A DNA stretch of 63,012 nucleotides, filler included, from Octopus bimaculoides (GCF_001194135.2; 6 parts of 4 records of this genome joined end to end with filler, not necessarily neighbours in it), one strand, 5' to 3'. Shown: positions 38,928-51,010, counted from the whole stretch's first letter. Notes: generated by a model from the letters alone, not told the origin. Program-made: numbers and translations.

Positions 38928-39538
38928 AGGATTTACCCCATCTAATGGAAGATGTAACCCATAACAAAGCAAAGAACACAAAAACAAAAATAAAAATAAG
39001 TAAAAATTACAGATTTACCTCCCCTTTACTTCAAAATAAATGAGTGAACAATTATCTTCCTTGGCAATATATTTTCCCCAGCAGTATGTATATATATAGA
39101 ACAAGTAGAAAGATAAATGTTATTCAACGCATAAATACTGAACAGTATAGCTATAAAGGATAAAATCCTTTTTTCTTTTTAAAAGCAGAAAAATTTGTCG
39201 GCAGCCGTGTGCGTGTGTATGTGTGTGTTTTTTATGTGTGTGTGTGTGTGTGCATGCGTGTGTGTGTATACTTACTGAATATCACGTCGTTGCTTGGAAA
39301 TTTTGACAGTAGAATGCCTTGCCGGACTTTTGGAACAGTACGCCCACATAAGTTGGATTTTCTCCGTTTGGACGAGAATTATTCATTTTTTTTTCTATCA
39401 CACCCTTTCAAATGATAAGGGGAAGCTTTGAATGAAAANNNNNNNNNNNNNNNNNNNNNNNNNNNNNNNNNNNNNNNNNNNNTTAATTAATTAANNNNNN
39501 NNNNNNNNNNNNNNNNNNNNNNNNNNNNNNNNNNNNNN

Positions 39539-39578
<40 letters not shown>

Positions 39579-39589
39579 AATGATAATAA

Positions 39590-41960
39590 AAGGCATTGGA
39601 GAGGCGATGCATACCCTGCGCGGAGATAAATTTTTTTACAAATTATCGTGTGGCTTACAATACTTTGCTTACTCGTGCTTTTCAATTACTCATGCTCCGG
39701 TGAAATTAAGAAATCAACTCGTAAATAAACAAAACCCTCGAATCCTTCGGTATACACACTCACGCGCACACATGTACACACACAGAGTCACATATCTATG
39801 TATGTAGGTGTTACAACTTGAACTTACGACAACGTGTTATGTATGTGTCATTCAGTCTATTGCGCGTGTGCGTATATGTGTGTGTATGATGGTTAATTCT
39901 GATTCGTTCTTTTCCTATCTATGAAACCTGCTGTAAATTGTTTTGCAACACTAAATGTTTTTTTTTAACCAGTCTTATCTACAGCGTGCGTTCGGTGTTC
40001 TGTTTTCATTAGGCTATAGCCTGATTTATATATTACCGGAATAGGACTGGTACTTTTTAACTGGCGACGAGGATAGACATGTCTGCTATGCTGCATTTAC
40101 CCACACAACTGTGGAGTACTACTTCAGACAAACCATCCTCCGCTATATGGAATCGCTGGAAACGTTCGTTTTTTTTTTTATTATTTAGAACTACTTCCGA
40201 TACTATAACCAACCATTAATTTATCAGAATGTCACAAAATAAAGTTATTACGCCATTTTCTCGGAGAGGAAAGACAAAGATACTTCGACGCCTTGAGAAT
40301 TACGGAATCTGCCACATTAACTAAAATGTTTGGCTTACTGAATGAACTTTGGGGATCTGCTAAAAATGTGTACACAGCAGATTGCAATGATTTACCTGAG
40401 TGCAATGATTTCATTGCCAGAATGCAAGCTTTACCTGAGTGTGAATACAATCTGATTCCTCCCCAAATGTTTGAAAACGAAATAGCTTTGCAGTATCTGC
40501 TTTCCGGTATTCGTGATGAGACTGCCCATTCTAAATTGCTTTCGGAAGAAGAATTGAAGCTTACTTGGGAATGAGCCTGTGCTATAGTTCGTCAAATAGA
40601 AAACATTTCACATCACCTAACTAAATTTTCTATACAAGCAGAGGCAGATGCTCTGCAATCTATTACGTCTACAAAAACTTGGCCATCTAGTCTTATTATA
40701 ACCAGTTTACTTGTTATTGTTGTGGATTTAACCATTATTCTCCATCTGAGTGCGGGCCTCAGCAAACCGTCTGTCATTTATATGGTAAAACGGGAATCTT
40801 GCCTGAGTTTGTCGTACAAAGAGCAACGAACACAGAGTTTCATCTTCACAAAAACATTCGGTGCGAACGATTAAAACAAATCTGGAAAACCAAGACCAAG
40901 ATTTCGCTTTAAGTTCAGTTCTAAACACTACAGTCCGACCACCTCAGTATGTTTTCGATATGATAATTGAAGATCAGTCAGTATGCATGGAAATCGACAC
41001 GGGAGCTTCAGTCTCAATTGTTACTTCTCGTTCTGTCAGCTATTTATCACCACTTCCTACAAACTACTCGACTTTAAAAACATATACCAGTCAAGAAATC
41101 CCAATATTTGGAATTTGCAATGTAAACGTACAACATGGTGATGTCAAACGTGTTCTACCCGTGTACGTAACCACTGGAAATCGTCCAAACCTGTTGGGTC
41201 GTGATTGATTATGACAATTACCTGGTACTCTCACCGTGATTAAAACTGTTTGTGATGCACCATCGTTGGAACAACTGAAAAAGAAATACTGTACTTTGTT
41301 TGACACCAAGCTTGGAAAATTGAATGGAGTTCAAGCAAACATACGCACATAGGCACACCATGATCTATACACACGCAGACGAGCATCGATTCATATGAAA
41401 AAGAAAGTGAACAAAATATGGCCATTTGCTCATCGGGAAATTTGCAAGTTCGATATTTAAGTTTTTTTTTTTTATAAGTATCTACTTTATTGGCATTTAT
41501 ACTCCGGTGAAGTTAAGAAATCAAGTCGTAAATAAACAAAATTCTCGAATCAATCTCTGTACAAACACACACACACGCTCGCGCGCCTACAAGCACACAC
41601 ACACATACACACACACACACACACAGTCGCATATTCATGTATGTATGTACACACACGTGTCTACACGCATAGATACACTATGATCTATACACACGCAGAC
41701 GACAGTCAATTCATATGAAAATAAAAGAGAACAAAATATGACCACTTGTTTATCGGAAAATTTGTAAGTCCGATTTTTAAAAAAGTCTTTTATTTTTAAG
41801 ATAATTACACCAAATGTTCATCATTTTGGGCCACTCACCCAACGAGTATTTCTGCCAAATGTGGTGAAAATCCGTTCAGCCGTTTCCCAGTAATTTTGCA
41901 AAAACACAAAGACAAGTAATTACAATACTCTGCTTTCGCTTACACGCGCGGGGTAACAAT
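39590..41960 (+). mobile_element. Helentron/HINE-like element with internal tandem units, interrupted by a Gypsy fragment
   Basis: Subterminal inverted repeat TACCCTGCGCG (39612-39622) / CGCGCGGGGTA (41945-41955); internal unit of about 330 bp duplicated (39700-39800 plus 41340-41490, and 41500-41800); 3' block AAATCCGTTCAGCCGTTT. Confidence 0.5.
40062..41340 (+). mobile_element. Gypsy (Mag-like) PBS-gag-protease fragment
   Basis: PBS TGGCGACGAG at 40062; gag LLSGIRDE..SKLL; paired knuckles CYCCG..H....C and CHLYGK.G.L..VC; protease MEIDTGASVS..PNLLGRD. Confidence 0.85.
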
Positions 41961-42269
41961 AGTCCTGATGCAGTAAGAGGCAGTGGCTATCATGGCTTAT
42001 CTTAACTGACTGGAAGTGTTATCATGTACATGTTTTATCTTGGTATAAGAGATGGGCTAAAGCAAATATTCAGCTCAATACCACAGATTTGTTTGTCAGT
42101 TGCTTGACTTTTACCAGTTGAGCATGTCCCTTAGTGGCTGAGGATATATGCTTCTCTGATCACGAGCAGAAGGTAAAAAAGTGCATTGAGATGTTAGCCG
42201 AGTATGAGGCTTCAAAATAACAGAAAAGGGGTATGAACACCCACCAGAGGCTATGGTAGAAAATGAAAA

Positions 42270-42720
42270 CTACAGTACTTGTGGGACTTCTCATTATGAC
42301 TAACCATACTATTGAAGCAAAACGACCAGATATGATTATAAATGACAAAATCAATAAACAGCGAAAGTTCATAGATTTTGAAATCCCTATGTTTGCAGAA
42401 ATTGAAAGAAATTGAGAGTGAAATTGAAAGAAACTGAGAAATATTAGGATCTAGCCAGAGAACTATAAACCATGTGGAAGACTAAACCAACAATTATTCC
42501 TATGGTAATTGGTGTAGTTGACACAACACCCAAAATGCTACATGAAAGACTGATAGAGTGGAATTGAGACTCGCATTGGTGACCTGCAAAAAAGCACCAT
42601 CCTTCATTCTACAAGAATCCTAAGGAAGATTCTTGAGATTTGACGAGACTTGTTGTCACCAAGCCTCAAAATTAAATTTCTGCTAATTAAATTAGCATGA
42701 AGAATGTTAATAGTAATAGT
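42270..42720 (+). mobile_element. R4/Dong-like RLE LINE 3' fragment
   Basis: IEAKRPDMII..FIDFEIP..KY.DLA.EL..MWK..IIPMVIG..RILRKILEI*, then (AAT)-like tail. Confidence 0.75.
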
Positions 42721-43155
42721 ATAATTTTATTTACGTTTCGACTTTTTTACAACTACAAAATGAACATGTAGAAAGAGTTGCTTTCAAGACTATGTGTAAC
42801 CCGCTACATATTCAACAAAAAGCCACAAAATTCTTCGTAGACTCAATGGCTACTTACTTCCAGTTCTTATCTCTCGAGGGGAGGAACGGATGGCGTAGTG
42901 ATTTAAATGGTGCAGCATCAGTAGCGTCCGCAGCTTAGTATATTTGTACTTCTCCACAATTAATGGGATTGATATTTGTAATGAACATTTCGATCCTGTA
43001 GAAACTCGCACATGCAAAGTCAGTGGCAGTCACTTGAGGATACATAGATGTTACATGTCTGTTCAGTTGTCGCAACGTGTATCAGTGCATGGAAAGGGAA
43101 TACATGCGTACATATGCGTGTATGTGCATACATACATTAATACATATGTGCATGC

Positions 43156-43207
<52 letters not shown>

Positions 43208-43429
43208 ATATATATTAATGCTTTCGGTGCGAATGGTTTTGTTATACGTTGCCGAATTTTACAATCCTGTAAATAATAATAATAGTATTTATATCAGCTT
43301 AAAGCTTATGGCGATCACTGTGCGGGGACTAAGGAAAATAGTCTAATAATGAGGCATATAATCCCTCGACATACATACATACATACATACATACATACAT
43401 ACATACATACATACATACATACAAACATC

Positions 43430-44400
43430 TCTTCCTGGTGATCTCCTATACAGCCCTAAAACAGATGTCCTCTCTTGCCTCAGAGAAGACCTGGATGGAA
43501 AACACTCAGCATACAAAAAAAACTATGCATAGGTATGTTGCCCGGAAGGTTGAAGACGGCAATAGAATTGACACGAAGCGCAGCCTCTCTTGAACACAAG
43601 ACCACTACATCACATCATACTTTGAGGACTACCCGTCTTGCAATCAAGGAACAGGAAATTTCCACAAAGTACCTAGTGATCAAGAGAGACAGTGATGCTC
43701 TTGCCTTCTCAAGGTGCAACTGCATGTTTAAGCTGTCGTGTTTCTGTGGAAGACATCACGCATGTGATTAGCAGCTGTCTTAAAATGTCGCCACGGTATT
43801 ACCTCCCTATGCAGCACGATGTTGTTGCTAAAACAATATTACAATGTCATCCGTAAAAAAGACTGTCCTGAAATAAACTTAGAAAATCCCTATGTTATGG
43901 AATACATTCATAAACACCAACTCAAGGAATACTGGTTGAATATTCCCAGCAAAACTTCTGTCAAATGTAAACATAACAGGCCAGATATTGTTGTTTGCGA
44001 CAGAGGTGCAATGGTATGTGCCACCATAGAAGTCAGCTGCCCTGCAGATATAAATACCTGCTTGAAAATCAAAGAAAAAGAGGATATCTATGGACAACTG
44101 CTTCGAAACCCCCAGACTATGAATTCATATTCATACCAATAATAAATGGAGCACTAGGTTTTGATAGTAAATGCTTAAAGGAGAATCTGGATAAACTGGG
44201 GTTTTCAGAAAGAGAAATCGACCGGCTAATTCGTACATTACAATTGCAACCTGTGAGTGGAATAGTAAAAATATGCAAGACTTTTCTCAAGTTTCAAATG
44301 TGAATTTGTCTGTATTAACAACTTCCCAATGATAGAGCCTTGTATCTTTGTTGGAAACCGGCTCCCTCCTCAGTTGAAGATTTATAATAATTAAAAAATA
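43430..44400 (+). mobile_element. R4/Dong-like RLE LINE 3' fragment (different subfamily)
   Basis: QEQEISTKY, CCHC region, RHDVVAK, HNRPDIVV..IEVSCP..KEDIYG, FIPII.GALG, VKICKTFLKF*. Confidence 0.85.
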
Positions 44401-45354
44401 GAAGAGACATACACATACATAATTATATACATGACACGTAAATTATATACATGACCTGCCACTCCTAGAAACTCGACTCAACAAATTATTCTCGATGTTA
44501 GCTTCAATGCTGCTACCTTCTTTGGATAGATATACTCTTATTATTCATTAACTTTCTAATTTGCTTTTCACTAAATGGTCTATAATTTAGCTGTTCGATA
44601 AAATTAAAGCCCCCACTAAATCTGTGTTCTATGTTTTGTATATCTATTTTAATTCTTTTGTCCCATTACAATATTTATAATTTTTAGCATTTCTTAATAT
44701 AGCACAAAATGTTTGGTTGATTTTGTCTGTTTCGCTTCGTTTTCACTATAAATTTGTTTGTAACAATTTCGTTTTTTTTTTTTTGACACTTCTGTAATTT
44801 GTATATTGTACATATAAACTGGCCCTGGTGGCAAGTAAAGGAAATTATTATCATTATTTTCTGCACAGAATTTAAATATAGTGCGCATTCAGATAGAAAT
44901 TATTGCCTGTAAAATGAAAAGGTCAGCTCAGATCGATATGAACTGAATAAACATGTGCCAAAACTTAAATCTGTATAAATTATTGGTAAGATATTGAGAT
45001 AAATGATTCCAGTTAAGTGAAAACTCTGAAAACAATACATGCATGTTTTTTCTCCTTTATTTTTCCGTGGGGAAGGGGGTACCATAATACGACAGATTAA
45101 AATCTAAAATGTTGCTGCAGATAAACAAAACGGCCAGCTCGTTTATAATTGTTAGAGAAGAAAACATCAAAAAATTTGGTGTAACTGAAACGATGTTTTC
45201 TTGAACAAAATCATATGAACTGCTTTTAGAGACAGTTACTTTCTTTTTATTTTAATCAATAATCAATAACTAATTTTGCCCACGCCAAATGACAGTAAGT
45301 CGTTGTGAATTTTGAGAAGAAAATTTCCTTGAATTACATATTAATAGTATTGAT

Positions 45355-45535
45355 TAACACGTTAACAGCAATGTGTTAACATATTAGAAGTAGTGTGTTA
45401 ACATATTAGCAGTAATGTGTTAATTAGCAATAACGTGTTAACACATTAATAGTAATACGTTGATTCTTTAACAGTAATGTGTTGCTACATTAACAGTGAT
45501 GTGCTGACACTAACAATAATGTATTAACACATTTC
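45355..45535. repeat. Degenerate minisatellite, unit about 21 bp (TTAACATATTAGCAGTAATGTG)
   Basis: About 8 imperfect copies. Confidence 0.75.
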
Positions 45536-45860
45536 GCGTGACTAAAGCAGAAGACAACTAAGATGTGGAAGTAGACGTTGCCTTTTACCAGAAGCGTAAC
45601 GAAGTGCCTTTAGTGTGATTCCATTTCACAAACTGTAATATCTCTGTTGTTATCTCTTCAACCAATTTTATCGGAAATGAAATGACAAACTTAACAATAC
45701 ACTGAGGAATTATCTACACAGTCACTCGATCTGGAGTAAATAGTAGCCAAATTTCCTTCAAATCACTGTTTACTGTCTTAAAAAAAAGAAGTCATACATA
45801 TATATGTGCGTGTGTGTGTGTATTTATATGTAATATATATGGTGTATGTATATATATAAA

Positions 45861-46388
45861 CAGCAAAGCGAGTATCCACATCAAAGTGGCAGTTGAATGT
45901 CACTACTAGTTTAACCTCAGGCGGATTCTCCGCCAGCTGTTTTCGGGCAAGCTCTGCACCATTTATATACAATACATCGCTAGCAGGGAGAGCGAACCCC
46001 TACTACCATCCAGCAGCTAACAGGATCACGGAACTAACCTCGATTCGAACTATTTGGCTCACTCTCAACTGCGCGCACCTGCGCAGTGGAGTGATAGCTA
46101 AGATCCGCTTCTGCCAGCAATATATTGTAAACATAGTGACCATCGGTTGCTGATTTGCAATGAGCAAGGTGTGCGCGGCTGAGGATGAGCCAAATAGCTC
46201 GAAACTGGGACAGTCGCGTGATCCTATTGGCTACTGGACGTTAGTAGGTGTTCGATCCCCCTGCTAGCGATGTATTGTATATAAAGGGTGCAGAGCTTGG
46301 TCCGAAAATCAGCTGGCAGGGAATCCACCTGGAAATACACTAGTAGTAACATTCAACTGCCACTTTCATGTGGCGACTCGCTTTACTG
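45861..46388. repeat. Foldback cassette (528 bp) with hammerhead motifs and TATA-like boxes in both arms
   Basis: Arms CAGCAAAGCGAGT..CACTACTAGT..GCTAGCAGGG..GGATCACG..TATTTGGCTCA mirrored. Confidence 0.9.
46174..46220 (+). ncRNA. Type-I hammerhead ribozyme, near-intact
   Basis: CGCGG CTGAGGA T GAGC caaata GCTC GAAA CTG gga CAG TC GCGTG. Canonical core with an extra U after A9, 4-bp stems II and III, GUC site, one stem-I mismatch; the opposite arm has the matching C. Confidence 0.8.
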
Positions 46389-46464
46389 TATAGTATACGT
46401 TACTACTCTATCTCTTGTTGAGATTTTATAAGTAGCTATTCTGCTTATATATATATATATATAT

Positions 46465-46630
46465 ATAGGCGTAAAGGTGGCTGTGTAGCTTGCTTACCAA
46501 CCACATGGTTCCAGGTACAGTCCCTCTGCGTGGCACCTTGGGCAAGTGTCTTCTACTATAGCCTCAGGCCAACCAGAGCCTTGTGAGTGGATTTGGTCGA
46601 CGGAATCTGAAAGGAGCCCATCGTATATAT
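46465..46630 (+). mobile_element. Octopus-type SINE 5' half
   Basis: GGTGGCTGTGT..GGTACAGTCCC..TTGGGCAAGTGTCTTC. Confidence 0.85.
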
Positions 46631-47151
46631 ANNNNNNNNNNNNNNNNNNNNNNNNNNNNNNNNNNNNNNNNNNNNNNNNNNNNNNNNNNNNNNNNNNNNN
46701 NNNNNNNNNNNNNNNNNNNNNNNNNNNNNNNNNNNNNNNNNNNNNNNNNNNNNNNNNNNNNNNNNNNNNNNNNNNNNNNNNNNNNNNNNNNNNNNNNNNN
46801 NNNNNNNNNNNNNNNNNNNNNNNNNNNNNNNNNNNNNNNNNNNNNNNNNNNNNNNNNNNNNNNNNNNNNNNNNNNNNNNNNNNNNNNNNNNNNNNNNNNN
46901 NNNNNNNNNNNNNNNNNNNNNNNNNNNNNNNNNNNNNNNNNNNNNNNNNNNNNNNNNNNNNNNNNNNNNNNNNNNNNNNNNNNNNNNNNNNNNNNNNNNN
47001 NNNNNNNNNNNNNNNNNNNNNNNNNNNNNNNNNNNNNNNNNNNNNNNNNNNNNNNNNNNNNNNNNNNNNNNNNNNNNNNNNNNNNNNNNNNNNNNNNNNN
47101 NNNNNNNNNNNNNNNNNNNNNNNNNNNNNNNNNNNNNNNNNNNNNNNNNNN

Positions 47152-47214
<63 letters not shown>

Positions 47215-47217
<3 letters not shown>

Positions 47218-48161
47218 GTAACAACAAAAGAATGAGACCTCGATATTAGATAAATAGAGGATTATTTATATGTTATAATTTAGAGCTAACAATAAAAGGT
47301 TGTCATTATAGTACTCGGAGTTTCGAATGTCGGAGCGAAAAGCTACGATATATTCTCCTCGACTATTAATAGCAACTGACGCTATGTAAAACCGTTAAAT
47401 AAAAGGGAAGTTACTCTAATAAGTAGAAAAAGAAAAAAGAAAAAGATAAAAAAATAGACGCGACCATATTCTCACAATAAATAGACATAAACCTCCTGCA
47501 TTCACAGCATCTACATACGTACACACTCACACAAATATGTATACGTAGTTGCACATACATACACACACATATGTGTATGTACGTACTCATACATACCCAC
47601 ATATCCACACACACACGCATACATGAATATATATGCGTGTAATATATATGCGTTAAAATATGTAAATGTGTACGCAACTTCATCCTCTTATACACATACA
47701 TATTTACATGCATACACGTAATATAATGCATATATATTTATATATTTATACATATAAGTATACGTATATATATATANNNNNNNNNNNNNNNNNNNNNNNN
47801 NNNNNNNNNNNNNNNNNNNNNNNNNNNNNNNNNNNNNNNNNNNNNNNNNNNNNNNNNNNNNNNNNNNNNNNNNNNNNNNNNNNNNNNNNNNNNNNNNNNN
47901 NNNNNNNNNNNNNNNNNNNNNNNNNNNNNNNNNNNNNNNNNNNNNNNNNNNNNNNNNNNNNNNNNNNNNNNNNNNNNNNNNNNNNNNNNNNNNNNNNNNN
48001 NNNNNNNNNNNNNNNNNNNNNNNNNNNNNNNNNNNNNNNNNNNNNNNNNNNNNNNNNNNNNNNNNNNNNNNNNNNNNNNNNNNNNNNNNNNNNNNNNNNN
48101 NNNNNNNNNNNNNNNNNNNNNNNNNNNNNNNNNNNNNNNNNNNNNNNNNNNNNNNNNNNNN

Positions 48162-48199
<38 letters not shown>

Positions 48200-48845
48200 G
48201 ATTTAATCAAAAGATTAAATGTTGTACTTAAAATGTTTGAGGCACCAGAATTTGGTAGGGTAAAAACCAAAAACAAAATCAAGAGATTTGGCAAATAAAA
48301 TTTGAAGAAAAGCAACAAAAATTCAATAGGTTTTAGCAGTACGTACGTTTCGTACAAACTTTATTTATTTATGTAGTGAGAACACCACATAAAATGCAGC
48401 TGAGGAGTACATTTTCATTGCACATCTTATGTGGTGTTCTCACTACATAAATAAATTAAGTTTGTACGAAACGTACGTACTGCTATGACCTAATACATTT
48501 TTGTTGCTTTTCTTCAATATATATATATATATATATATACAGACATACATTCACAATCCTGCATACACATATATTTATATATAATGTAATGTAATATGTA
48601 ACAATTATTCGGTTGCCATTATAAAACTCCGAGTTTCGGATGTCGGGGCGAAAATCTGCTGCGGCATCCCGTCAGTTATTAGGACAAACTAAGGAGATGC
48701 CGGAGCAGATTTCCGCCTCGACTTCCGAAACTCGGAGTTTTATTATGGCAACTGAATAATTGTCACATATTATATTACAGATAAATTCCTCTATTTACAT
48801 AATATCGAGATCTCATTAATTCTTTTGTTGCCATACTACTACTAT
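47215..48845. repeat. Composite nested foldback region with outer arms and two inner hairpins
   Basis: 47215-47345 is the inverse of 48715-48845; inner palindromes at 48302-48517 and 48594-48770; the region spans a gap. Confidence 0.75.
48396..48483 (+). ncRNA. Type-I hammerhead ribozyme, fully canonical core
   Basis: GCAG CTGAGGA GTAC [53 nt] GTAC GAAA CGTACG TA CTGC: stem I 4 bp, stem II 4 bp, self-complementary stem III ACGTACGT, GUA site (cleavage predicted after 48479). Confidence 0.85.
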
Positions 48846-48847
48846 TA

Positions 48848-48942
<95 letters not shown>

Positions 48943-49679
48943 CGTGTGTGTGTGCATGTATGTATGTGTGTATGTATAAAAGTCCATTCCTTAAAACAAA
49001 AACGGGATGATCAGGTTGGAGCGCCTTTACTGAGGCCTACTTTTATCAGAACTGGTCTAGATCTTAAAAAACCTTTTCAAAGGAATAGAAAAGGAATCGA
49101 AATAAAGATAAGCTTTTAAGATTTATTTTGTTGCAACAAAAGAGGAGAAAATTATTTAGATTTAAAATGGAGAAACAAGATTCTAATAAAATTAATGTAG
49201 CAGCTTTAGAACAGATAATTATTGTCACATGACATTTTATTTCAGTCATTACAAAGTGAGATACTCAACCAGAATAAGCCATAGATATCTTCTCATATGA
49301 CTCAGGATATGTGTGTTTATTAAAGAACCTAGTGTATTTGTTATAATCTGGTAGTTAAATATGGCGATGTGAGGGTATTTCTGAATGATTGCTTTATTTG
49401 TAAACAACGGAAGCTAATGTCTGAGGATAGCTAACATTATAAACAGAGTTGGTCATCGAACAGAAAGAAAAAGATCACTTAAGATAAAACTGAAAGAAAG
49501 TGATATAATAGAGTATTGGATTTTAAAACAGAGATTGAATAAAGGAAATAGTATTGAAGATTAAATATAAGAGTAAATAGAGGAGATATACACATCAGAT
49601 GAACGTAAAATGATTTTTAAATGGTTAAACAAACTGTTTCTCTGTGTGCGCGCGTGCGAGCGCGCATCTGTGTATGGAC

Positions 49680-49733
<54 letters not shown>

Positions 49734-49823
49734 GCAAATGGACAGCCAAGCAGACAGACTGACAGATAACTATATACACAGACAGACAGACAGACAGACT
49801 GACAGATAGCTAGATAGATAGAC

Positions 49824-49869
<46 letters not shown>

Positions 49870-49939
49870 GCAACAAACAGACGGATTGACGGCCAAACAG
49901 GCAGACAGATAGATAGTATTCTGCAGATACAGAGAATAT

Positions 49940-51010
49940 GAAAGCATAATTGGTTAGGACATGGCATGCAGTTGTTAATACAAACAGATCAACAAAATGT
50001 CGAGTCCATCCCGTACTTCATATCCCTAACATTTGGCAAAATTTCACGTGACTGTTGAAGGTAGAAAACTGAAATGTCAAGTGATTGGCAACACAAATAA
50101 CATCAAAGCCTTTTGCCCACAGCAAAGGAAACCAACACTCCATCCGACAGTATCGCCGCTACCACCATCAGCACCACCACTACCTTTACAACAAAAGCAG
50201 CATCAACAGGACTGAAACTAACAGCTGTGGAAACTACAACAATGATAATTTACAGCAGCACCGTCACCAACAACAGCTACTTCAACAAAACACCAAAAAC
50301 CTTCCCAAGACACCAAAAACCTTCCCAAGACACCAAAAACCTTCCCAAGACACCAAACACCTTCCCAAGACACCAAAAACCTTCCCAAGACACCAAAAAC
50401 CTTCCCTCTTCGGGCCACTCAAACATGTCCTGCAATGAAGGGGACAGTGAGAAGCCTAAATGGCAAACTGTCGAAGAAGGGAAAGAGGACCAAAAACACA
50501 AGAAAGCAAAAACACAAAAAGCTGGCAGTAGCGAACAAATGGGGGAGTTGCCTTTGAGCAAAATGCTCAGACACCACTCCAATCACAGCTACATCAACAT
50601 TGTCAACATCATCCCCATACCTATCACAACCACAACTACTACCACAGGCACCAACACTACAAGCACAACCTAATTCAAAAGCACAACAGTTTGAACATGA
50701 GGTGACGAGCAGAGTGACTAATCTCACCCAGAAATAGGCTGAGAGAAAGTTATCTCTGGAAGGTCAGGCGGAGTTGGTACATGCTTATATCGAATCCGTC
50801 ATATACTACACATGACCGTTGTACTCTGTTCCAGTTTCCGTCTGACCAAAGGGGAGCGCATACGCTTCCGCTTTCTGTAGAAGGCACGCATTCCACTGGT
50901 CAAGCGCTCAGTTTGCTGTCAACAGCCTCTAAATGGAAAACTGGGCTTGCCGTGGCTGCTGTTGCGCAGACGCGCGCTGAGGCTGCATCTTCAGCACTTT
51001 CTTCACGGTG
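49940..51010 (+). mobile_element. Internally deleted Tx1/L1-clade LINE (ORF1 knuckle joined to the ORF2 post-RT region)
   Basis: FHVTVEGRKLKC..GNT..IKAFCP (decayed CCHC); RKLSLEGQAELVHAYIESVIYY..FRFL*K..PLVKRSVCCQQPLNGKLGLPWL. Confidence 0.65.
50291..50406 (+). repeat. 20-bp tandem repeat CACCAAAAACCTTCCCAAGA, 5 full copies plus a 16-nt partial
   Basis: Direct reading; one substitution in copy 4. Confidence 0.95.

Noticed and set aside
50291-50406. CRISPR-like regular repeat
   Set aside because: Head-to-tail tandem units with no spacers, in a eukaryotic context.
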